DNA of 64,000 nt from Nitrospirota bacterium (GCA_963741205.1 CAVUHW010000026.1:192001-256000); one strand, 5' to 3'. Shown: positions 1 to 13,648, numbered from the stretch's first letter. A program made the numbers and translations. The notes: generated by a model from the letters alone, not told the origin.

Positions 1-241
1 TTGACTCGTCACTCCCAAAGGCCCCCGTGAAGCGAGGAGGCGTTTAGACAATGTTCTCTCAACCTTCGAAGGCGGGAGGATCAAAGGCCCTGGATTCCGG
101 CCTGTGGCCAGCGCTTACGAGTGCGACACTGTTCGCTGATTCGTCGACAATTCGCAATCCGCAACTCAGTTTTCCCCACTTTTGCATTGCTTCTTTGCGG
201 GCCGTTATGCTATATTTCCCGGTGCATGGAGGTCTAAACCT

Positions 242-1589
<1,348 letters not shown>

Positions 1590-1602
1590 ATAGCTGATTC
1601 AC

Positions 1603-1686
1603 TCGCGAAGCCGCAAAGGACGCAAAGGCTTTAAGATTCTAAAATCAGGAATGTAAGCTTTCTTTGCGCTCTTCGCGCCTTCGCGG
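1603..1686. repeat. CGCAAAG/CTTTGCG intergenic inverted-repeat family
   Basis: Similar elements at about 3003..3080 and 13693..13824. Confidence 0.6.
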
Positions 1687-1761
1687 TAAACGCCTTTGAC
1701 TTTAAGAATGATCAGTTTTAAGATCAGGCTGAGATAACGGTTTACTAAAGGAGAACAACGA

Positions 1762-2961
1762 ATGGCTAAAAACCCGAAAAATTTTCATCCCGCCACCCTG
1801 GGCATCCACGGCCTGGAACGCACGCACCATGCCCACTACGCGGTCTCCACGCCCATCGTGCACACCTCGAACTACTACTTCAACAACACGCAGGAAGTCT
1901 ACGACTTCATGAAGGCCAAGAGCGAGGGACGGGTCATCCGCGAGCACGAATACGGCCGCTACGGCAACCCCACCCAGGCCGAGTGCGAACGGAAACTCGC
2001 CGCCATCGAGGGCGCGGAGCGGGCTGTCCTGTTCTCCTCCGGGATGAGCGCCGTGATCCTGACCTTGATGACCTTCATGCGCCGGGACGGCCACATCATC
2101 TTTACCTCCGACTGCTACCGCCAGACGCGCGATTTCGCCGCTAATTTGCTCGCGGAGTTCGGCATCCAGGTCTCCATGGTGGACCCCACGGCCGAGGCGA
2201 TCGAGAAGGCGATCCGGCCTAACACGAACATCATCTTCACCGAATCGCCCACGAACCCCTATCTGCGCTGCCTGGACCTGCCCGCGGTCGTGAAGGTCGC
2301 GAAAGCGCACAAGGTCCTGACCGTCATCGACGCCACACTGGCCACCCCGTACAATATCAAGCCCATCGAAATGGGGGTGGACGTCGTCGTCCACTCCGCC
2401 ACGAAATACTTGGGCGGCCACAACGACCTTCTGGCCGGCGTCGCCCTGGGCTCGAACAAGCTCATGAACGACGTCTACCGCATGCAGCGCATGATCGGCG
2501 CCACGCCCGGACCGGTAACCTGCTTCCTACTGGAGCGCGGCCTCAAGACCTTCGGCCTCCGGATGAAACACCACAACGAGGCGGGGCTCGCCGTTGCGCG
2601 CATGCTCGAGGCGCATCCCAAAATCGAGAAGGTCTGGTACCCCGGCCTGGATTCCCATCCCGACCGGGCGATAGCGAAGGCCCAGATGAAGGGGGGCGGC
2701 AGCGTGGTCTCCTTCCTCCTGCGGGGCGACGACGCGAAGACAAGGAAGTTCATCGACTCCCTCGAACTCTTCCTGATCACGCCCTCCCTGGGCGGAAGCG
2801 AGAGCCTCGTGACCCAGATGTGGATGATGTCGTTCTTCGACTATCCCGAGGACTACCGGAAGAAGATCGGCATGTCCGACAACCTCGTGCGTCTCGCCCT
2901 GGGCCTCGAGGACGTGGACGATCTGCTCGCGGACCTCACGCAGGCGCTGGAGAAGGTGTAA
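1762..2961 (+). CDS. metB: Cys/Met metabolism PLP enzyme, cystathionine gamma-synthase-like
   Basis: Motifs EYGRYGNPT, ESPTNP, HSATKYLGGHND and SLGGSES; AGGAG RBS upstream. Confidence 0.85.
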   Translation: MAKNPKNFHPATLGIHGLERTHHAHYAVSTPIVHTSNYYFNNTQEVYDFMKAKSEGRVIREHEYGRYGNPTQAECERKLAAIEGAERAVLFSSGMSAVILTLMTFMRRDGHIIFTSDCYRQTRDFAANLLAEFGIQVSMVDPTAEAIEKAIRPNTNIIFTESPTNPYLRCLDLPAVVKVAKAHKVLTVIDATLATPYNIKPIEMGVDVVVHSATKYLGGHNDLLAGVALGSNKLMNDVYRMQRMIGATPGPVTCFLLERGLKTFGLRMKHHNEAGLAVARMLEAHPKIEKVWYPGLDSHPDRAIAKAQMKGGGSVVSFLLRGDDAKTRKFIDSLELFLITPSLGGSESLVTQMWMMSFFDYPEDYRKKIGMSDNLVRLALGLEDVDDLLADLTQALEKV

Positions 2962-3115
2962 CAGAGCCAACGTACTCGAAGTCGGGAACTAGATTCTTCG
3001 AACCGTCGCAAGAATCGCAATTTGGTCTTGGTTTTAAACCCGAAGAATTTTAGCCGTCCTTCGCGACCTTGCGCATTCGCAGTACTATTTTCTTCTGCTT
3101 AATGGGTCAACAATT

Positions 3116-6100
3116 ATGGCGGCAAAAGATATCGGCGGAACAGAGTGCTTCCGAAGCAGGCCTTCCCCATCGTCGGCATCGGCGCATCGGCCGGCGGCCT
3201 TGACGCCCTCCAGCGGTTTCTCGCCGTCCTCCCGCAGGAATTCGGTTTCGCCCTGGTCTTCATCCAGCACCTTTCCTCGAAACACAAGAGCCTCCTTCCC
3301 GAGCTCCTGGCCGCCAGGCGTCCCTCTCTCGTGATCCAGGAGATATCCGACGGCCTCAAGGTCGCAGCCGGGCAGACTTTACCTCTCCCCTCCGGGCAGG
3401 GAGGTCCGCCTGCGAAACGGCCTCTTCCAGACAACCGTCCACCCCGAGGGGCTCATCCATCTTCCCATCGACGAATTTCTTGCCTCCCTCGCGGAGGACG
3501 CGGCTGAGCGGTCCATCGCCGTGATCTTCTCCGGCGCGGGGACCGACGGGGCCCGCGGCTGCCAGGCCGTCCGGTCCGCGGGCGGGACCGTGTTCGTTCA
3601 GGACCCCGAGACCGCGGAATTCGGCAGCATGCCGCTCGCGGCAATCGCAACCGGCCAGGCTGACGCGGTCCTTTCTCCCGGAGGACATTGCCGCGGAGCT
3701 CCTGAAGGTCCAGGGGATCGGAGCAGCCGCCGTCGAGCCGCGAGTACCCCATCACGCCCGAAGAGTTCGACGCGCTTTTTCCGGCTCCTCCAGGAGAAGA
3801 CCGGCTCGCGCTTCAACCATTACAAAAAAAGCGTGGTCAGCCGGAGGATCAGAAGGCGCATGTACCTCCACGGGCTCTCCGCGGTCAAGGACTACCTGGA
3901 CCTCATCTCGACCAGTGATGCCGAGGCCGCGCTTCTCGCCTCCGACCTCATGATCGGCGTCACCTCCTTCTTCCGCGACCGGGTGGCATGGAAGGCCCTG
4001 AACCTGGAGGCGGTCCGGAAGATCGTCGCCGAGAACACCGACCTTCCGGTCCGCGTCTGGACCCCCGCGAGCGCGACGGGCGAAGAGGCGTACTCCATCG
4101 CCATGATGCTTCTGCGTGAACTCGACGCTCGCCGGGAAAAAACGGGACGTCCAGGTCTTCGCCACGGACGTGAACGACCGGGCGCTGGAGCGGGCGCGCG
4201 AGGGCAAGTATCCCGCGAGCATCATCGGCGGACGTGCCGCAGGAGTACATCCAGAAATATTTCACGTCAGCCGAGGACGGCAACTGTCTCGTCATCAACA
4301 AGGACGTCCGGGAGAGCGTGGTCTTCGCCAGGCAGGACCTTTTGACCGACCCTCCCTTCTCCAAGCTCGACCTCATCATCTGCCGCAACTTCATGATCTA
4401 CCTGGAGCCCGAGGCCCAGGAAAAATGCATCACGCTCTTTCATTACGCGCTCAAAGAACGGCGGCTACCTCTTCCTCGGGAACGCGGAGACCGTGGGCAG
4501 GAACAGCAGGCTCTTTCAATCGATCGGCCGCAAGCAGTGCCGCGTCTACCGGAAGCTGGAGACAAAACCCGCTTCGAGACTGCCCATCTCGGTCCCCTAT
4601 GCAGCGGAACGTCAGGCGCCGCCGGCCAGACAAGCGCAAGTGACGGAGCAGGGCCGGTCTGTCATGGAAATCATCCAGGAAAAACTGCTTGAAGAATACG
4701 GGCCCGCTTCCGTGGCCATAGACCAGAATTACGAGATCGTCTACCACAACGGCCCCACGAACCGCTATCTCCGCCAGCCCCGGGGCGTGCCGACGCAGAA
4801 CCTCCTGGAGCTCTTGCCCGAAAGCCTCCGGAGCAGGATACGCGGGGCGCTCTACCGGTCCGGCCGCGAAGAAAGGCCGGTGGTCATCAGAACGAGCGTG
4901 GCCGGAGACGACAATCGGAAAAGACAGGTCTCGCTCCGGATCACGAAGGCCGCGGAAAACCTCTACATCGTCGTTTTTCAGGAAAAGGGCGCCCCCTCAA
5001 AGGAGGAGGCCGCCGAAGCGGTCGATGCAGCCGTCATCGAGGAGACCGCGATCCACCAGCTCGAAAGCGAGCTTTCAGCGACACGCGCCCACCTCCAGAG
5101 CTACATCGAACAGTTAAAGAGCCTGAACGAAGAGCTCCAGTCCTCGAACGAGGAATTGCAGGCCGCGAACGAGGAGCTCGAGACCTCCCGCGAAGAGCTC
5201 CAGTCGTTGAACGAAGAGCTGATCACCGTGAACTCGCAGCTCCAGGGCAAGATCGAGGAGCAGGACGCGACGAACAACGACCTGAACAACTTCCAGGCGA
5301 GCACGAACATCCCCACGATCTTCCTGGACACGCACTTCCGCGTGAAGCGCTTCACGCCCGCGATGCTCAGGCTCATCAAGCTCCTTCCCTCGGACGTGGG
5401 CCGGCCGATCATGGACATGTCGCAGGAGAACCTCGGCCCCGACCTCATCTCCGACGCCCAGGCGGTCCTGGAACAGCTCGTGCCCGCTGCGGCAGGAGCT
5501 CGAGCATCAACAGCGCCTGGTACGTCCGCACGACCTTCCCTACCGCACCGCGGACAACCGCATCGAGGGTGTCGTCATCACCTATAACGACGTCACGGAG
5601 CTGAAACGCGCGGAGGAGCGCACACGGCACCTCGCCTCGTTCCCGCAGCTCAATCCGAATCCGATCATCGAGGTGGATGTCTCCGGCGAGGTCATCTTCG
5701 CCAATCCGGGAACGGAAACGTATGCTGGAAAGCCTGGGCATGGACAAGGGAGAAGCGCAGGCCTTCCTCCCGCATGACCTGGATGTCATCTTAAAAAACC
5801 TGGATACGAGCAGTGATGCCTCCGTCTCCCGTGAGGTCACGATAAAGAACAGGGTTTTCAGCGAGACGGTGCAGCTTATTCCCCAATTCAAGGTCGCGCG
5901 CATATATGCCTATGAAATCACGGAGCGCAAGCGGGCGGAGGAGGCGCTGCGGGAGAGCGAGCGGAAATATTCTCTTCTCTTCAGCAAGGCCGCCATCGTC
6001 GCTTCGCTGACAAAACTGCCCGAGCAGGTCTTTGTCGATGTCAATGAGGCTTTTGAAAAACTGTTCGGCTACACCCGGGAAGAAGCGATCGGCAAGACCT

Positions 6101-9100
6101 CGCTGGAACTCGGCATCGCAAAACCTGAGGAGCGCACGGCCACCTACACCGAGCTCGAGCGTCGAGGTTCGCATCGCGATGCCGAAAAGCACGTGTTCAC
6201 CAAATCCGGCGAGGAGCGTATTCTCGTAATCAACGTCATCGCGCTGGAGCTGGGCGGACAGAGCTATGCGCTCACGACGATGCAGGACATCACCGAGCGC
6301 AAGCGGGCAGAGGAGGCGCTGCGACGGAGCGAGAAACAATATCGCGAATTATTCGAGAATATGATCGAAGGTTATGCTTACTGCAAGATGGTTTTCGAAA
6401 ATGGAAAGCCGCAGGACTTCATCTACCTCTCAGTCAATCACGCATTCGAGACGCTGACGGGATTGACAAATGTCGTTGGAAAGAGCGTCACAGAAGTCAT
6501 TCCGGGCATCCGTGAAGCCGATCGGGAACTTTTGGAGATTTATGGAAGAGTGGCCCTGACCGGCAAACCCGAGCGATTCGAGATGTTCGTCGAGGCGCTG
6601 AAGATGTGGTTCTCAATCTCCGTGTACAGTCCGGAGAAAGAATTCTTCGTGGCCGTTTTCGATGTCATCACCGAACGCAAGAAGGCGGAAGAGGCACAGG
6701 GACGTCTGGCGGCCATCGTGGAGAGCGCGGAAGATGCGATCATCGGCAAGGACCTGAACGGTATTATTCAGACGTGGAATGTAGGAGCGGAGAATATCTT
6801 CGGATATAAGGCAGAGGAAGTAATCGGCAAGACGATTTCACTCCTCGTGCCGCCAGGACATACTGACGAGGTCCCCGAAATTCTCGCACGGATCAAACAG
6901 GGAGAGCATATCGAGAATTTCGAGACCGTGCGCATGCGGAAAGACGGTACGGTCATTCCCGTGTCCCTGATGTTCTCAGCAATCAAAGACGCGAGCGGAA
7001 AGGTGATAGGCGCGTCCAAGATCGCGCACGACATCACCGAGCGCAAGCAGGCCGAGGAGGCGCTGCGGCTGTCCGAGGAAAAGTTCTCCCTGGCCTTTGC
7101 CAACAATCCGGCCGCCATTGCAATGACCCGTCTCGAAGACGGCCTGTTCCTGGACGTGAATGATACCTGGCTGGCGATGAACGGGTACAGCCGGGATGAG
7201 GTGATCGGCCTTTCCGCCAGACGACTGCCTATTTGGCCGACCGTCGAGGCCGGGGCTCGTTTTGTTCAGGCGTTGCGGGAAAAAGGCTCTTTGCGTGGGT
7301 GGGAGCAGGAATTCCGCCGGAAGTCAGGCGAGGTCTTCGTGGCGCAGCTGTCCGCGCAGGTTCTGACCGTTCGAGGCGACAAAGTGGTTCTTTCCACATT
7401 AGTGGACATCACCGAGCGCAAGCGGGCCGAGGAGGCGCTGCTCAGGTTGAACAAGGCGCTGAAGGCGCTGAGTGACAGCAGTCAGGCCATCATCAGGGCC
7501 ACAGACGAGCCGGAATACCTGAACGACGTTTGCAGGATTATCGTAGAAGACTGCGGCTACAGCATGGCCTGGATAGGCTTTGCGGAAAATGACGAGAAGA
7601 AATCGGTCCGGCCCGCAGCGTATGCGGGATTCGAGGATGGATATCTTGAAACGTTGAAACTTACCTGGGCCGACACGGAACGGGGCCGCGGTCCCACGGG
7701 CACCGCCATCCGCACCGGCGAAGTCGTCGTCTGCCGGAATATGCTGACGGATCCGGCCTTCGCGCCGTGGCGCGAGCAGGCCATAAAGCGCGGCTACGCA
7801 TCGTCCATTGTCTTCCCGATCATGACCGCGGGCAAGACGTTCGGAGCAATCACCATTTACTCCAGGGAAGCCGACCCCTTCTCCGAAGGCGAGATAAAAT
7901 TATTGACCGAACTGGCCGACAACCTGGCGCATGGGATCGAAGTCCTGCGGCTAAGAGCTGCGCAGAAAAAGGCCGAGGAGGCGCTCCGAGAGAGCGAGGA
8001 ACAATTTCGCACGTCTGGCCGATTCCATCCCCAACCTTGCGTGGTGGGCAAACGGCGACGGCTACATCACATGGTACAACCGGCGCTGGTACGAGTACAC
8101 CGGTACGACACCGAAGCATATGGAAGGCTGGGGCTGGCAGAGCGTACATGACCCGAAGGTGCTGCCAAAAGTTCTGGAACGGTGGAAGGCGTCGATCGCC
8201 ACTGGCGAGCCGTTTGACATGGAATTCCCGCTGCGCGGGGCCGACGGAGTATTTCGCTCCTTCCTGACGCGCGTTCTGCCGTTGAAGGATTCGGCCGGTT
8301 CGGTCATCCGGTGGTTCGGCACCAATACCGACATCTCTGCGCTGAAGCGGGTCGAGGAGGCGCTGCGGGAGAGCGAGGCGCGCTTCCGGTTGGCGCTCAA
8401 GAATTCCCCGGTATCGGTCGCAATACAGGACAACAACCTTGTCTATCAGTGGGCGTACAATCAGCGGACCCGGCGCCCGGATGAGGTTGTCGGAAAAACC
8501 GACGCTGACTTGTTCGCGCCGGAAGATCTACCGCCGATCCTCGAAGCCAAACGCCGTGTGCTTGAGTCCGGGATCGAAGAGCACACGGGTATGTGGCTGA
8601 CCCGCAACGGCAGGCGGCTGTTCTTTGACCTTTACTATGAACCAATGAGGGACGCTTCCGGAAATATCACAGGGGTCGGCATTGCCACCGTCAACCTGAC
8701 CGATCAGAAGCTTGCCGAAGGGGCGCTGACGGCAAGCGAGGCCAAGTACCGATCCCTCTTCGAGAACATGATCGACGGCCTTGCCTATCACAGGATCGTC
8801 ACCGATGAAAGCGGAAAGCCCGTGGATTACGTTTTTCTTGAGGTAAACGAGGCCTTCGAGAAACAGACGGGCTTGAAGAGGGCCGACGTCATCGGCAAGA
8901 GCGCCCGTGAGGCCCTTCCCGGCATCGAGAACGACCCCGCAGACTGGATCGGGATCTATGGGAAGGTGGCGCTCACGGGACAGGAGGCCAGGTTCCATCA
9001 TTATGCGGTGCCGCTCCGCAGATGGTATTCCGTATCGGCCTACAGCCCGCTGAAGGGATACTTTGTTACGATCTTTGAAGACGTAACCGAGAGCAAAAAT

Positions 9101-10210
9101 GCAGAAGAGGCGCTGCGCGAGAGCGAGGCGCGGTTCCGCAGCCTATTCGAGACGATGACCGAAGGCTTCTCGCTCGACGAGATCATCTTGGATGAGGCGG
9201 GGAAACCCGTTGATCTGCGCTATTTGTCGGTGAATCCCGCGTTCGAGCGTCACACGGGATTGAAGGCCCAAGACATTGTCGGCCATACGGTCCGCGAATT
9301 GTTCCCCGATGCCGAACCCATTTGGTTCGAACGGTACGGAAAGGTTGCCTTGACCGGCGAGCCGGTACATTTTGAGGAACGCTTCGGGCCCCTCGATAAG
9401 TGGTTCGAAATCAGCGCCTACCGGACCGAGCCCGGCCGCTTCGCCGTGGTGTTTTTCGACATCACCGACCGCAAGAAGGCGGATGCGGAGCTCCTGAAAC
9501 TGAGCGAGAACATGGCGGCAAGGAACGTGGAGCTGGAATCCGCGAACCAGGAGATGGAGTCCTTCGTCTACTCCATCTCGCACGACCTCAGGGCGCCGAT
9601 CCGTACCGTGTCTGGGTTCGCGAAGATCATCGTTGAAGATTATCTTGACAAGCTCGATGCACAGGGCCGGGACTATCTGAACCGCATCCTCAAGGGGTCG
9701 GAGAAATCGACCCAGCTTATCGACAACCTCCTGCACCTTTCAAAAATCGTCCGGCAGGACATGGACCGCATTGAGGTCGATCTGAGCGGCAAGGCGTCGA
9801 AGATCATGGAGGAACTGCGCGAGATGCATTCCGGCAGGAACGTCGAGGTTGTCGTGCAGGATGGCCTCACCGCGTCCGCGGACCCAAGGCTCATCGAGCT
9901 TGCCCTGTCGAACCTGCTCGGCAACGCATGGAAGTTCACCTCCAAGACCGAACAGGCAAGGATTGAATTCGGAAGCCTTGAAAAAGACGGGGACACCGTT
10001 TACTACGTCAAAGACAACGGCGCGGGGTTCGACCCCGGGTATGCGGACAAGATGTTCTGGCCTTTCCACCGGCTCCATTCGGAGAATGAGTTCGAGGGCA
10101 CCGGCATCGGACTCGCCATCGTCGAACGCGTCGTCCGCCGCCACGGCGGGAGGATATGGGCAGAGGGAGAAGTCGGCAAAGGGGCGACGATTTACTTCAC
10201 GCTGGGGTGA
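3116..10210 (+). CDS. giant CheB-CheR-PAS-GAF-HisKA-HATPase sensor kinase (several frameshifts, ~2350 aa when joined)
   Basis: In order: CheB (GASAGG, QHL, SGAGTDG), CheR (VTSFFRD, TGEEAYS, FATDV), an EELQS coiled coil, many PAS/PAC modules, a GAF, H-box SHDLRAP, and N/G boxes (NAWKF, DNGAGF, GTGIGL). ORF fragments overlap in domain order. Confidence 0.8.
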
Positions 10211-10227
10211 TTTGATTGCGGATTTCA

Positions 10228-10281
10228 CCCTGCACTCGCGCATAGCACTCGTAGGCGCTGGGCGCAGGCGGATTGCGGATT
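10228..10281. repeat. 54-bp dispersed hairpin element
   Basis: 50/54 identical to 38212..38265; partial inverted copies at about 108..124 and 40926..40940. Confidence 0.8.
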
Positions 10282-10329
10282 ACGAATTTTCCCCTTTATT
10301 GATAAGCTAAAGCTCGCGGCTACAAACCT

Positions 10330-12006
10330 ATGATAAAAAAATTGTCAAAAACACATAAAAAAACAGTAAAAGCGAAAAAGCCCACCTCTCTCGGAAAGCG
10401 GGCCGAGGAGGCGCTCCGGGAAAGCGAAAAGCGGTATCGCTCGTTATTCGAGAACATGCTCAACGGTTTTGCCTATTGCAAAATGCTTTTCGAGGACAAC
10501 GCGCCGCGGGACTTCATCTATCTTGAAGTGAACGCCGCATTCGAAAAATTGACGGGATTGAAAAACGTTGTCGGGAAAAAGGTGAGTGAGGTAATTCCCG
10601 GCATAGGAAAGTCTCATCCCGAGCTTTTCGAGATTTATGGCAGGGTTGCGGTTACCGGCAGACCGGAGAGCTTCGAGATCTATGTTGAGCCCCTGGTAGC
10701 ATGGCTGTTCGTATCCGTCTACAGTCCGGAAAAAGGATATTTTGTCGCCGTGTTCGAAAACATCACCGAACGCAAGCGGGCCGAGAGCATTGCTCAAGCA
10801 AGGCTCAGGCTGTTATCAATGGCCGCTTCCCCCTCCTCGTCCCGGGATGAAACGCTTCAGATGATGCTCGACGAGATCGAAACACAGACGGGCAGTACGA
10901 TCGGTTTCTATCATTTTCTGGGTGTTGACCAGGAAACGCTCTCTCTTCAAGCCTGGTCCACGAATACGCTGCGGAACATGTGCACCGCGGAGGGCAAAGG
11001 GAGCCATTACAATGTTTCCCGGGCGGGCGTCTGGGTGGATTGCGTGCGCGAGCGGCGTCCGGTCATCCACAACGACTATGGCGCGCTGGCCAACCGCAAG
11101 GGCTTGCCGCCGGGGCATGCTGCGGTCAAACGGGAAATGGTCGTGCCCATCCTGCGGAGCGGCCGGATTGTCGCGATCATCGGCGTCGGGAACAAGCCGA
11201 CCGACTATAATGCGATCGACCTAGAAATCACCCAGTCCCTGGGCCAACTTTCCTGGGAAATCTTCGAGCGCATAAGGGCAGTGGATGAGCTTCAAACGGC
11301 GCTTGCTGAGGTTGAGCGCCGGACCCAGGAGCTCGCTGCGACCAACAAGGAACTGGAAGCCTTCACCTACTCCGTGTCGCACGATTTGCGCGCCCCCCTG
11401 CGGGCCGTTTCGGGCTTTGCAAAGGCGGTCGTCGAGGATTACTCGGACAAGGTTGACGCGCAGTGCAGGGACTACCTCGTCCGCATCTACAACGGTTCGG
11501 AAAAGATGACCAGGCTCATCGATGACCTTCTGCGGCTTTCGAGGATTTCGCTCCAGGAGATAGCTCGCGGCCGGGTCGACCTTGACCTTGTCGTCTTGTC
11601 CATTCTCGCGGAACTGCGCAAGGCCGCTCCGGAAAGGGATGTCCAATTCGAGATCAGGGAAGGAGTCACCGCCCTCGCCGATCACGGCCTGATGAAAATC
11701 GCTCTTGATAATTTGATCGGGAACGCCTGGAAATTTACGTCTAAAACGGAGAAGGCCCGCATCGAATTCGGCAGCATGGAAGATGAGGGGAAAACCGTCT
11801 ACTATGTCAGGGACAACGGCGCGGGGTTCGACCCTACGTGTGCTGACAGGATGTTCCAGCCATTCCACCGGCTCCATTCAGAGAATGAGTTCGAGGGCAC
11901 GGGCATCGGCCTCGCCATTGTCGAGAGGGTCATCCGCAGGCACGGCGGAAGAATCTGGGCGGAGGGGGAAGTGGGAAAAGGCGCGACGTTTTACTTCACG
12001 GTGTAA
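10330..12006 (+). CDS. PAS-GAF sensor histidine kinase
   Basis: PAS, GAF (GVGNK..Y), SHDLRAPL, NAWKF, GTGIGL. Confidence 0.92.
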   Translation: MIKKLSKTHKKTVKAKKPTSLGKRAEEALRESEKRYRSLFENMLNGFAYCKMLFEDNAPRDFIYLEVNAAFEKLTGLKNVVGKKVSEVIPGIGKSHPELFEIYGRVAVTGRPESFEIYVEPLVAWLFVSVYSPEKGYFVAVFENITERKRAESIAQARLRLLSMAASPSSSRDETLQMMLDEIETQTGSTIGFYHFLGVDQETLSLQAWSTNTLRNMCTAEGKGSHYNVSRAGVWVDCVRERRPVIHNDYGALANRKGLPPGHAAVKREMVVPILRSGRIVAIIGVGNKPTDYNAIDLEITQSLGQLSWEIFERIRAVDELQTALAEVERRTQELAATNKELEAFTYSVSHDLRAPLRAVSGFAKAVVEDYSDKVDAQCRDYLVRIYNGSEKMTRLIDDLLRLSRISLQEIARGRVDLDLVVLSILAELRKAAPERDVQFEIREGVTALADHGLMKIALDNLIGNAWKFTSKTEKARIEFGSMEDEGKTVYYVRDNGAGFDPTCADRMFQPFHRLHSENEFEGTGIGLAIVERVIRRHGGRIWAEGEVGKGATFYFTV

Positions 12007-12079
12007 AAAACAGGATCAGATTCAGGGTTTATGGTTTTGTCGTTAATTACAAACTCGAAACCGTATTGAGAGGTTTACC

Positions 12080-12472
12080 ATGTCCTACACGGTTTTGGTC
12101 GTCGACGACGACCCGGATGATCTGGAAATCACGAGGAGGGCCCTCGCGAAGATCGGGTGCGGCGTAACGTGCATGTCGGCCTGTCGCGGAGAGGACGCCC
12201 TGGCGCTTCTCCGGGGCTGCGCGGAATTGCCGTCGCTGACACTCCTCGATCTCAAGATGCCCGGTATGAACGGCATCGATACGCTTCGCGAGATACGTTC
12301 CGACGACCGCTTGAAGCACATCCCCGTGATCATTGTTACGAATTCGACGCTCGAGTCAGACAGGAAGGCGGCCCTTGCCGCAGGCGCGAACGCCTTTCTT
12401 CACAAGGCCTTCAACCTGGACGAGTACGGGAGGGACATACAAGGACAACTGGAACGATGGGTGAAGGACTGA
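12080..12472 (+). CDS. single-domain response regulator (receiver)
   Basis: VVDDD, LLDLKMPGMNG, IVT and conserved Lys; GAGG RBS. Confidence 0.92.
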   Translation: MSYTVLVVDDDPDDLEITRRALAKIGCGVTCMSACRGEDALALLRGCAELPSLTLLDLKMPGMNGIDTLREIRSDDRLKHIPVIIVTNSTLESDRKAALAAGANAFLHKAFNLDEYGRDIQGQLERWVKD

Positions 12473-12552
12473 AGGATCAAGGTTCCACCTTCAGGAGTTG
12501 CTCATTCAGTCTTAAACCGTGAACCCTGAACCTCTACATCTCCCCTGCTTTT

Positions 12553-13095
12553 CTAGTTCTCCTTTTGTCCCTTCTTCAGCATCTTGCCGAGGTATTTATT
12601 GATCGGGTTTGCCCGGTCGAGAAAAGGCACCGCGGGCTTCTTTCTTTCTCCCAGTCCCCGCAGTTCCTTCCAGAGTTCCCTATTGCTGTTATCATACTTC
12701 AGCCCCTGGTGAAAAACATCGATGGCTTCCTTCTTCTTACCGCCCGCGACATAAGCCCGTCCGAGATTGAGATAGAATACCGGCAAGAGGAGTTCTTCGT
12801 CAACGTTCTTGCTCTTCTTGAGCAAAGTAATTGCCTTCTTGCAGGTTTCAACGCCGCTCCGGTATTTTTTGTCCACGATAGCCTGGACGCAGCCGAAATA
12901 GGAGAGGATGAAGGGATCGTCCGGAAAACAGATCGAGGCCTGCTGCAGCAAAACGAACGCATCCTTTTGTTTGCCGTTCCGGAGAGAGGCTTTAGCTGCC
13001 CGCAGATATTTTGCCGGTGTTATGGCCTCGTCGCCTTCCTGCGGCGCGGCACCTCCGGCGCTCCCCGTCTTCTTCACTTCGTCGTTTTTTTTCAT
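12553..13095 (-). CDS. tetratricopeptide-repeat protein
   Basis: TPR-like helices (YLNLGRAY..EAIDVFHQGLKYD). Start taken at MKKNDE. Confidence 0.7.
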   Translation of the reverse strand: MKKNDEVKKTGSAGGAAPQEGDEAITPAKYLRAAKASLRNGKQKDAFVLLQQASICFPDDPFILSYFGCVQAIVDKKYRSGVETCKKAITLLKKSKNVDEELLLPVFYLNLGRAYVAGGKKKEAIDVFHQGLKYDNSNRELWKELRGLGERKKPAVPFLDRANPINKYLGKMLKKGQKEN

Positions 13096-13183
13096 AGGAC
13101 TATTGTAACATAACATCGCGGCATGACAAGAAGATAATTGGGGAACCGGAGGAACAGACAAAATTTTTTTGACAAAGCAGATG

Positions 13184-13648
13184 TTATTTTGAATCAGACG
13201 CCACCTTGACCACGATCTTCATGACTCGCGACGGAGCGCGTGCGGCCAATTTGGGGGCATGGCCGTCATCCGGATAGAGCACCGCCATCTGCCCCGCCTG
13301 AAGGTGCACAGCAGTCCATTCCCCTGAAGAGGCGCCGAAACAGATGTCCCTGTCAGCGTCATAGGCCTCCGTGATCGTCATGCGTTCCGTCGGCGTCCAG
13401 CCGATGACTTCTTCGCCGGAAACGATGTACTGGACATCGATGTACTTTCGATGGCATTCGAACTTCGGGGCGCCTGCGTTCAAGGTTTCATACCGCTGCA
13501 CGAGGGCAAACACCCGGTCCCCGTCGATCTCCACCTTTCCGTCCGGGAGTTCGTGAATGCCGCGCAGACGCAAAAAATCAACGGCCTTCATCATGCCGTT
13601 CGTCATGGGGCATTGCGCGTTGATGTGCTTGAGGTCCGTAACGATCAT
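13184..13648 (-). CDS. YhcH/YjgK/YiaL family protein
   Basis: Motifs FECHRKYIDVQY, YDADRD, PDDGHAP and KIVVKV. Confidence 0.9.
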   Translation of the reverse strand: MIVTDLKHINAQCPMTNGMMKAVDFLRLRGIHELPDGKVEIDGDRVFALVQRYETLNAGAPKFECHRKYIDVQYIVSGEEVIGWTPTERMTITEAYDADRDICFGASSGEWTAVHLQAGQMAVLYPDDGHAPKLAARAPSRVMKIVVKVASDSK

